64,000 nucleotides of DNA from assembly GCA_041665145.1 (NCBI GenBank), contig JBAYJK010000001.1, forward strand, positions 357,629-421,628. Direction: 5' to 3'. A model generated the notes under the pieces. That model ran no database searches. It was not told the origin of the DNA and saw only the letters and a list, made by a program, of their open reading frames with translations. A program made the position numbers and the translations under genes. Shown here piece by piece: positions 48,309 to 55,269 of the stretch; position 1 is the first letter of the stretch, and the number at the start of each line of letters is the position of its first letter. The DNA comes from Patescibacteria group bacterium (GTDB lineage: Bacteria; Patescibacteriota; Microgenomatia; UBA1406).

Positions 48309-49298
48309 TTATTTAAAGAAGAGGTGTCTCAATAACTTGCCAACTTTGTGACCATCGTGCCTCAATAAGCTTCTATCAAGTATATCACCTTTACCAATCC
48401 CATAGATATGATCGCTTATGAAATCGTTTTTGTAAATAGTCATTTGCTCACTTGAGCGAATATCGCATTTTACCGAGCTTTCCTTACTCTCTGCGTAGAG
48501 TGAAATGATAGTGCGCGGAATTTCTCGATCATTAACTAAGGCGTGTGTAAACGGTTTTGGCCCAAGATATTTCTCATAGACTTTAATATAATCTGATAAA
48601 GCGAAATCATCGGTTTGACCAATTTTATTCATCAGATTTGCAACAAGTACTTTGGAAGCAGTGCTTTTTTTGAATGCCTGCACAATATCTTTGAACATGA
48701 AGTTCGGAAGAATGCTTGTATACAAATCCCCGGGGGCAATAATAATAAGATCAGCCTTTTCGATGGCGCTGACTGCTTTCGGATTACCTTTGGTTTGGCG
48801 AATGAGCGCAAGATTCACAATGCGTGGTCGCTGTTCCTTGACGTCTATAAATGCCTCTGTTTTAATGACAGTTCCGTCCGCAAGTGTGGCAACGAGATGA
48901 GTCTTGTTTAACGTAACGGGAATTACGGATCCGCGCGTATTAAGAATTGATTCTGCCGCTTCAATCGAACGTTCGAAATTTCTGGTAACTTTTTCTAGTG
49001 CAGCGAGCAGAATGTTGCCGAAATTGTGTCCCTGCAGATCCCCGGTCTCAAATCTGTACAAAAACAGTTTTCTCCATATTTTGTCACTATCGGACAACGC
49101 GACAAGCGCTTGACGGACGTCCCCAGGTGGGAGTACTCCGTACTGATCCCTCAACCTACCGGTACTTCCACCGCTATCCGTCATATTGATGACGGCAGAT
49201 ATATCTAACGGGTAATGTTTCAATCCCGACAATATGGCGAATGTCCCTGTTCCACCGCCGATCACCACAACTTTTTTATTTTGCGGAGTATTAGTCAT
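48309..49298 (-). CDS. YvcK/CofD-family protein (UPF0052, gluconeogenesis-factor-like)
   Basis: VVVIGGGTGTFAILSGLK...MTDSGGSTGRLRD motif. ATG 49298 preferred over the listed 49340. Confidence 0.85.
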   Translation of the reverse strand: MTNTPQNKKVVVIGGGTGTFAILSGLKHYPLDISAVINMTDSGGSTGRLRDQYGVLPPGDVRQALVALSDSDKIWRKLFLYRFETGDLQGHNFGNILLAALEKVTRNFERSIEAAESILNTRGSVIPVTLNKTHLVATLADGTVIKTEAFIDVKEQRPRIVNLALIRQTKGNPKAVSAIEKADLIIIAPGDLYTSILPNFMFKDIVQAFKKSTASKVLVANLMNKIGQTDDFALSDYIKVYEKYLGPKPFTHALVNDREIPRTIISLYAESKESSVKCDIRSSEQMTIYKNDFISDHIYGIGKGDILDRSLLRHDGHKVGKLLRHLFFK

Positions 49299-50526
49299 TT
49301 CGTACGTCCTTAGTGACAGTCGTGTTGGCCATGACGACAACTTTTTTGCCTATCTTCACCCCAGGCATAAAGCTTACCGCAACACCGGTTGACGTATGAG
49401 AGCCGATGATAGCACCTAGCTTTCTCTTGTGAGTCGAAGTTTTTTTATGTTTGATGGGTGAAGAGATATTCTCCTGGTCAAATCGTCTGTTTGCGGTTAC
49501 TGTGTTTGCTCCAAGTCGGACCCCGGATGCAAGAATACTGTCACCGACATAATTTCTGTGCAGTTTGACATTATTATCAAGGTAGCTGCGTGCAACTTCA
49601 GAAAAGCCTCCAATCACGCATTCTTCGCCGATGTGCGATTCGCGTACGAGAGTGTAATCTGCGATGGTGGTATTTTTACCTATATATGTGGGACCGATAA
49701 TCTTGGAAAAGCTCCCGATTTTTACTCCATCTTCAATATAGACGGGACCAAGTATTTGTGCCGTGGAATCAATGTCTGATGTTTTAATAGTGCTTTCTTT
49801 AATGTTATTGAAGAAAAGCTGAACAGCGTCAAGTACATGCCACGGATACTTAAGGCTGACAAATTGTTCATTATTGAGCGTGTATTCTGCTGCTGTTGTG
49901 GCAAGCAAGTTATTTATGGAATCCTCATAAGAAAGGTTTTGTTGTGTTTTCAGCATGGCTTGCAACAGCGCGTTTGGCTGAGGAAAATAGTCGAATACGT
50001 GCTTATAAATAGAAAGATTTGCAGGTACTTCAACTTCCGGAGGGTATTCCCAGATTTTGGTAACCTGTTGGCTTTGATTGTTTACGACTAAGTAACCGCC
50101 CGGAAAATACTCCTTTACCGGAGTTCCACAGAAGACAATCTTATCCATACCCATTCTTCTGATCATTTGGTCAATTAATTTCTCGGTAAAAATTCCGTTA
50201 CTGTTGAGGACAAGAACAGGATTCTGCAGAGACACTTCTTTGAGACCCGCTAACACAGCACCATACTGATTGGCCAACGATTGAATTATGAGCTTAAATG
50301 ATAGCCCTTCCGTACTGACGAGAGCGTTTCTGACGAGTTGATGATTATCATTATTTGTGATAACTATAAACTTGGGCTTTATCCCTTTTTGTTTAAAGAA
50401 ATGAGTATAACGACGAAGTTGGTAAACGATCAGGGGGACGCCAAAAAAGTTAAGAAGGTTCTTTTCTTCAAGTGGCCAGAATCTGCTGCTCCGTCCACCT
50501 GCCAATATGATGACGGATAATTCCAT
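49291..50526 (-). CDS. Sugar-phosphate nucleotidyltransferase with C-terminal left-handed beta-helix (GlmU-like architecture)
   Basis: N-terminal VIILAGGRSSRFWPL (NTP-transferase G-loop); C-terminal hexapeptide-repeat region (IGKNTTIADYTLVRESHIGEECVIGG...). Confidence 0.65.
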   Translation of the reverse strand: MELSVIILAGGRSSRFWPLEEKNLLNFFGVPLIVYQLRRYTHFFKQKGIKPKFIVITNNDNHQLVRNALVSTEGLSFKLIIQSLANQYGAVLAGLKEVSLQNPVLVLNSNGIFTEKLIDQMIRRMGMDKIVFCGTPVKEYFPGGYLVVNNQSQQVTKIWEYPPEVEVPANLSIYKHVFDYFPQPNALLQAMLKTQQNLSYEDSINNLLATTAAEYTLNNEQFVSLKYPWHVLDAVQLFFNNIKESTIKTSDIDSTAQILGPVYIEDGVKIGSFSKIIGPTYIGKNTTIADYTLVRESHIGEECVIGGFSEVARSYLDNNVKLHRNYVGDSILASGVRLGANTVTANRRFDQENISSPIKHKKTSTHKRKLGAIIGSHTSTGVAVSFMPGVKIGKKVVVMANTTVTKDVRND

Positions 50527-50536
50527 AAGTCTTATT

Positions 50537-50566
50537 ATTATACGTCAAAGTGTCGCATATTGTCAA
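50537..50566 (-). promoter_or_regulatory. Promoter of the dcw-like operon
   Basis: On the minus strand: TTGACA (50561-50566), 18-nt spacer, TATAAT (50537-50542), 10 nt before ATG 50526. Confidence 0.5.
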
Positions 50567-50572
50567 AAACCT

Positions 50573-50601
50573 TTGATATTTTAGTTTTGATACTGTACAA
50601 T
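50573..50601 (+). promoter_or_regulatory. Promoter of rplU-rpmA, predicted leaderless
   Basis: TTGATA (50573-50578), 17-nt spacer, TACAAT (50596-50601), exactly 6 nt before ATG 50608. Confidence 0.6.
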
Positions 50602-50607
50602 ACAACT

Positions 50608-50940
50608 ATGAAAAACAGTTTTGTAGTTATTGAGACAGGCGGCAAACAGTATATTGCGGAAGAAGGAAAGACACTGGTTGTAGATCATCTTCAAGCTCCA
50701 GAAAAGGAAACGGTCACTTTTGATAAGGTACTCCTATATGCCAAGGATGACGACACAGTTTTTATAGGTAAGCCGTACCTACCCGGTGCGAAAGTTACTG
50801 CTGAGATCGTGAAGCAGGATAAGGGTGAAAAAATCCGAATAGCCCGTTTTCGAGCGAAATCACGGTATCGAAAAGTTACCGGGTTCAGAGCACTTTTGAC
50901 AGAAGTAAAAGTAGTAAAAATTAAAGTTAGCAACGCATAA
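50608..50940 (+). CDS. rplU: 50S ribosomal protein L21 (bL21)
   Basis: FVVIETGGKQYIAEEGKTLVVDHL motif. ATG 50608 preferred over the listed 50560. Confidence 0.95.
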   Translation: MKNSFVVIETGGKQYIAEEGKTLVVDHLQAPEKETVTFDKVLLYAKDDDTVFIGKPYLPGAKVTAEIVKQDKGEKIRIARFRAKSRYRKVTGFRALLTEVKVVKIKVSNA

Positions 50941-50943
50941 TAC

Positions 50944-51189
50944 ATGGCACATACCAAAGCGGGAGGCGCATCGAGAATAAACAAAGACTCTGAGTCGAAG
51001 AGGCTTGGTCTTAAAAAGTTCGGAGGCGAAAAGGTTATTTCCGGTAATATTATCATCCGACAACGGGGTACGAAAGTACACCCTGGAGCAGGAACCATGA
51101 TGGGCACGGATTTCACTATATTTGCAGTAATCACCGGATCTGTCACTTACTATACCAAGTTTGGTCGAACGTACGTTAAAGTTGTCTGA
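50944..51189 (+). CDS. rpmA: 50S ribosomal protein L27 (bL27)
   Basis: [24 protein letters not shown]...[13 protein letters not shown]. No N-terminal propeptide. Confidence 0.95.
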   Translation: MAHTKAGGASRINKDSESKRLGLKKFGGEKVISGNIIIRQRGTKVHPGAGTMMGTDFTIFAVITGSVTYYTKFGRTYVKVV

Positions 51190-51748
51190 ACTTCCACAAC
51201 AAACAAGTGAGCTGGTGGTCCGCATCGCGGACAGGTCCACAAATCCCCTTGAGAGAGCTCGAATTATTCAGGAATTGTTATCGAAACATAACCTCAACAA
51301 AACAGAACTTTCTCGCACATTAGAGAAAAGTCCGAGCTATGTTTCCAATTATCTTCGTTTGTTGGCGTTGCCGGATGTTATTCAAGACGCGATTCTTTCA
51401 AATATTCTATCCGAAGGTCACAGTCGGGCACTTTCTTTTCTTCCTCAGCAATCAGATATGATTTATTTGTTCGAAGAAATCCTACGCCATGGCTATTCTG
51501 TTCGCGCGACAGAGCACTTGGTGGATAAACTTCGTACCTCAAAACGGACATACGGCAAAGTAAGCTCAGAGATAAAAAATGTTGTCGCAGAAATGTCAAA
51601 AGTATTGGAAACCTCTGTAACCGCCCAACGCAAAGAAAAGGAAATTGTGGTGACTATGCGGTTGCCTGCGGGTGTGGTATCACTGAATAAGCTGAATAAA
51701 CTTGCCCAGGTAATTAAAGCTCATTTCCATACTGAGCCGGCGAAATAA
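51161..51748 (+). CDS. ParB/Spo0J-like HTH protein lacking the N-terminal ParB (CTP-binding) domain
   Basis: [30 protein letters not shown] and GHSRAL motif, but only about 30 residues precede the HTH. Start codon is uncertain (TTG 51161, TTG 51182 or GTG 51215); upstream space is fully occupied by rpmA. Confidence 0.62.
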   Translation: MVERTLKLSELPQQTSELVVRIADRSTNPLERARIIQELLSKHNLNKTELSRTLEKSPSYVSNYLRLLALPDVIQDAILSNILSEGHSRALSFLPQQSDMIYLFEEILRHGYSVRATEHLVDKLRTSKRTYGKVSSEIKNVVAEMSKVLETSVTAQRKEKEIVVTMRLPAGVVSLNKLNKLAQVIKAHFHTEPAK

Positions 51749-52355
51749 TACCCACTCTGTCTACGGGGAAGTATCTGAAGATCACATGACCGATAATATG
51801 CGAGGAGGGGACGAAACCGAACTCCCTTGAGTCTGATGATCCGGGACGATTGTCTCCCATGACGAAGTAATTATCGTCAGGGACCACTACTTCGTTGTCT
51901 TCTTGCAGAAAACCTCCGGGAAATGTATGTGTTTCCATTCCTTCTAAGTAAGATTCTGAAATCTGTTTGCCGTTAATGAACACCGTGCCACCTGAAACGC
52001 GAACATGTTCGCCAGGGAGTCCAATAACACGCTTAATGTAATCGATGTCTGCGTTTGCAGGTGACTGTAATATAATAACCTCCCCACGTTGCGGATTGCG
52101 GAACTTATACGAAATTTTGTCGGTAAGTATGTACTCCTTATCTTTGAAAGTCGGGAACATTGAGCTTCCTTTCACCTGGTGAGGTTGAATGATGAATAAG
52201 TAGAAAACAACAAAGAAAGCACCTCCCAGTGCAATGCTCTGAAGAAAGTCAAAAAACAGATCGACCGTTTTTGCGATTGTGGATCGTGGTACTCCTGTTG
52301 CCGGGGTATCGTCAGGTCGAACCCATACTTGAGAATCAAGTTTAGCGTCACTCAT
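51714..52355 (-). CDS. lepB: Signal peptidase I
   Basis: GSSMFPTF (catalytic Ser), KRVIGLPGE, GDNRPGSSDSREFG boxes. ATG 52355 preferred; TTG 52385 is an alternative. Confidence 0.9.
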   Translation of the reverse strand: MSDAKLDSQVWVRPDDTPATGVPRSTIAKTVDLFFDFLQSIALGGAFFVVFYLFIIQPHQVKGSSMFPTFKDKEYILTDKISYKFRNPQRGEVIILQSPANADIDYIKRVIGLPGEHVRVSGGTVFINGKQISESYLEGMETHTFPGGFLQEDNEVVVPDDNYFVMGDNRPGSSDSREFGFVPSSHIIGHVIFRYFPVDRVGIISPAQYGNEL

Positions 52356-52411
52356 AGTAACCCATACTACTGTATTTTTAATCAAAACTCAAGGATAATT
52401 TGCCGTACCTT

Positions 52412-52441
52412 TTGCAAAACTAGCGTAAAGTAGTATACAAT
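52412..52441 (+). promoter_or_regulatory. Promoter of topA, predicted leaderless
   Basis: TTGCAA (52412-52417), 18-nt spacer, TACAAT (52436-52441), exactly 6 nt before ATG 52448. Confidence 0.55.
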
Positions 52442-52447
52442 ACCAGA

Positions 52448-54511
52448 ATGGATTTAATTATCGTTGAGTCTCCGACGAAGGCGCGTACCTTCGGCAAGTT
52501 TCTTGACAAGGACAATTACACAATAACTTCAAGCATGGGTCATGTGAGGGATTTGCCTGAAAAGAAACTCGGCGTTGATGTCGATCATGATTTTGAACCG
52601 GAATATGTCGTAATGCCAAAGAAAAAGAAACTGGTAGACGAATTGGTTACCGCCTCAAGAAAAGCGAAACGCATCATATTAGCGACAGACCCAGACCGTG
52701 AAGGTGAGGCAATAGCGTTTCACATCAGTAAAATTTTACAAGATAAACTTAAGGGTAAAAAGGAATTTATTCGGATTGCGTTTCATGAAATCACTCTTGA
52801 CGCACTTCAGGAGGCTTTAGCCGAACCACGGGAGGTGGATATACGATTATTCGATGCACAACAGGCGCGGAGAATAATTGACCGAGTTGTGGGTTACAAA
52901 GTGTCCCCATATTTATGGAAACGCTTTTCTAAGCGTTGGCTTTCCGCCGGACGGGTACAGACCGTTGCGTTACGACTCATTGTTATGCGGCATAAGGAAC
53001 GTGAAGCGTTTCCGGTATCGGACTATTTTACTTTTAAAGGAATGTTCGATTCGGCGTCACAAGTAATGGAGGCAAAACTGTTGGAGCTTATGGGGCAAAC
53101 CTTTTATCAGAGCACCAAAATTGTCTTGTTTGACGGCGAATATCAGTATCAATTCACGATTGTTAAGGACGAAGTCCAATCGGAAGCAGAGAAATCCCGT
53201 TTACTCAGTGAGGTCTATGTTGTGCAGGATGTAACTGAAAATTCTTCGGTACGCTCTCCCAGTGGGCCGTTTACCACCTCAACTCTTCAACAGTTTGCCT
53301 CAAACAATTTTGGGTACAGTCCGAAACGGACGATGCAAATAGCCCAGAGCCTGTATGAGCAAGGTCTTATAACCTATCATCGTACTGACTCGCTGAATTT
53401 GTCAGAGAAGTTTATATCGGAATGTCGAACATATATCGAAAAAAAATACGGTAAAGACTATGTTGTGTCTGAAGCGCGTAGATATAAAACCAAATCAAAA
53501 CTTGCCCAAGAAGCTCATGAAGCCATTCGTCCCACAGGGCTTAAAAATACTGTTGACGGCGAAACCATCAGTGCTCTTCCCAAGGATCAGATGACGTTGT
53601 ATCGTGCAATTTATAATCGCAGTCTGGCCACTCAGTGTTCCGAAGCAAAAATATTGAAGCAAAAAATTACGATTGTTTCGCAGGCACGCGACTTATTTTT
53701 GGCAGAGGCTGAAGAAGTACTATTTCCCGGATTTCTGATTGTCGACGGGGTTAAGGATAAAGGAAAGGCAAAACCCAGGAAAGTAAGTAAGGGATCATCT
53801 GTCTCACTTAAAGATCTTATTGCGGAGAAAAAAGCAATCCAGCCCCCACCATATTATTCCGAGGCAAGTCTGATCAAAGCCTTGGAGGAAAAGGGTATCG
53901 GGAGGCCTTCTACCTATGCTCCTATTATCTCACTTATTCAGGAACGCCAGTATGTGCGCAAGGAAGTCCGTAACTTGATACCGACTGATCTTGGTATACA
54001 GATTTCGATTATTCTTTCGGAAAAATTCAAAGACCTCTTCAATATTGATTTTACGGCACGGATGGAAGACGAACTTGATCAGGTGGCTCTCGGTGAGAAA
54101 GCATGGCGCGATGTTGTGAGGGGATTTTACGGTCCGCTCGTAAAGGAACTCGACGCAGCCTATACAGATCAGGAAAAAATCAAGGTAGAAGAGAAAACAG
54201 ACGAAAAGTGTCCGACATGCGGTGCTCCTCTGGTAATAAAAATGTCACGATTTGGGAAGTTTTATGCCTGTTCCACGTTTCCGACGTGTAAGTTTACCAA
54301 GAGTTTTCTGCAGTCAGTTGGTGTGAAATGCCCGAAATGTATCGAAGGTAATGTAGTTGTTCGTTTCTCCAAAAAGAAGAGACGGTTTTATGCATGTGAC
54401 CGATATCCTTTGTGTGATTTTACCTCCTTGTGGTTGCCGAAAGCCAAATCGGACTCACCAGATAAAGCCGATGGCCAGGAAGGCAATGCTCCCGAGAATA
54501 AAAATTCCTAA
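52448..54511 (+). CDS. topA: DNA topoisomerase I
   Basis: Toprim LIIVESPTKA and DPDREGEAI; active-site ITYHRTDS; two C-terminal C4 zinc fingers (CPTCGAP...CSTFPTC; CPKC...CDRYPLC). Confidence 0.97.
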   Translation: MDLIIVESPTKARTFGKFLDKDNYTITSSMGHVRDLPEKKLGVDVDHDFEPEYVVMPKKKKLVDELVTASRKAKRIILATDPDREGEAIAFHISKILQDKLKGKKEFIRIAFHEITLDALQEALAEPREVDIRLFDAQQARRIIDRVVGYKVSPYLWKRFSKRWLSAGRVQTVALRLIVMRHKEREAFPVSDYFTFKGMFDSASQVMEAKLLELMGQTFYQSTKIVLFDGEYQYQFTIVKDEVQSEAEKSRLLSEVYVVQDVTENSSVRSPSGPFTTSTLQQFASNNFGYSPKRTMQIAQSLYEQGLITYHRTDSLNLSEKFISECRTYIEKKYGKDYVVSEARRYKTKSKLAQEAHEAIRPTGLKNTVDGETISALPKDQMTLYRAIYNRSLATQCSEAKILKQKITIVSQARDLFLAEAEEVLFPGFLIVDGVKDKGKAKPRKVSKGSSVSLKDLIAEKKAIQPPPYYSEASLIKALEEKGIGRPSTYAPIISLIQERQYVRKEVRNLIPTDLGIQISIILSEKFKDLFNIDFTARMEDELDQVALGEKAWRDVVRGFYGPLVKELDAAYTDQEKIKVEEKTDEKCPTCGAPLVIKMSRFGKFYACSTFPTCKFTKSFLQSVGVKCPKCIEGNVVVRFSKKKRRFYACDRYPLCDFTSLWLPKAKSDSPDKADGQEGNAPENKNS

Positions 54512-55258
54512 ATACCACGGAAATCCCGCCTCAGGAATAACTTGTTGCGTTGCAGCAGGACTTGTGGTTGTGGGTACGGTTGATGGCGATACGACAGACG
54601 GGGATACACCTGCGGAAATCTTTGCAATTAATATGGGAGTTGGGGTCATGGAAGGAATGAATTGACTTGGTATGGTAGAAGGAGTGCTTGTTGCAGCTAT
54701 CCCCGGTTTTTGAGCTTGAGCTTTTACCGTGGGAATCGGTGTCGAAATGGTTTGTGAAGTTGTTGGTATTGTCGTTGGAATCGGGATTGCGGTTACTGTG
54801 GGTATAGTTGTTGTCGGCGATATTTCTAATACGTCAGACGCAGAAGTGTCGGGAGAAGCGGTTCCCGGTGAGGGCAAGCTGTTGAGCGGATCCAATTGAC
54901 TTGTCGGTTGTGGACTATTTGCACGGGGTATTGATGCCAAATTCTGACTGCGAAAAACATACACGATCCCCATTGTTGAAACAAGTACCAATAGCAACAG
55001 TAAAACGGATAGCATTTGGACAATGGGACCATACCTTTTTTTGGCATCTACACTCTGTGGGGAAGTGCTTTTTTTAATCTCGGGAACGACCAATTTTGCC
55101 GGACGAACACCTGCGGTTTGTACTGCCATATTGGGCAATTTGGGGGTAATCTTTTTCCGCCTTTCTTTCAAAAGCAGATGGAGCTGGTATGCAAAAAAAG
55201 CAACGATCAGCAAGAATGTTATTCCGGGGATAACAGGATATTCGGTGAATAGATTCAT
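54455..55258 (-). CDS. Pro/Thr/Ser-rich membrane/surface protein ending in IPEAG + hydrophobic tail
   Basis: Two N-terminal TM helices and a long PT-rich linker. C-terminus is QQVIPEAG followed by FPWYLGIFILGSIAFLAIGFIW. Overlaps the topA 3' end by 57 nt. Confidence 0.5.
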   Translation of the reverse strand: MNLFTEYPVIPGITFLLIVAFFAYQLHLLLKERRKKITPKLPNMAVQTAGVRPAKLVVPEIKKSTSPQSVDAKKRYGPIVQMLSVLLLLLVLVSTMGIVYVFRSQNLASIPRANSPQPTSQLDPLNSLPSPGTASPDTSASDVLEISPTTTIPTVTAIPIPTTIPTTSQTISTPIPTVKAQAQKPGIAATSTPSTIPSQFIPSMTPTPILIAKISAGVSPSVVSPSTVPTTTSPAATQQVIPEAGFPWYLGIFILGSIAFLAIGFIW

Positions 55259-55269
55259 GTAGTTTTATT

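Noticed and set aside
51161-52447. parS site or replication origin near the ParB-like gene and the divergent region at 52356-52447
   Set aside because: No GTTTCACGTGAAAC-like palindrome, no cluster of TTATCCACA boxes and no dnaA or dnaN nearby. The single near-match (ggtggataa at about 51517) lies inside coding sequence.
54540-54900. Repetitive Pro/Thr/Ser-coding DNA that looked like a tandem-repeat or CRISPR-like region
   Set aside because: There is no regular repeat-spacer periodicity. It is in-frame low-complexity coding sequence (a PT-rich stalk) of the 267-aa surface protein.
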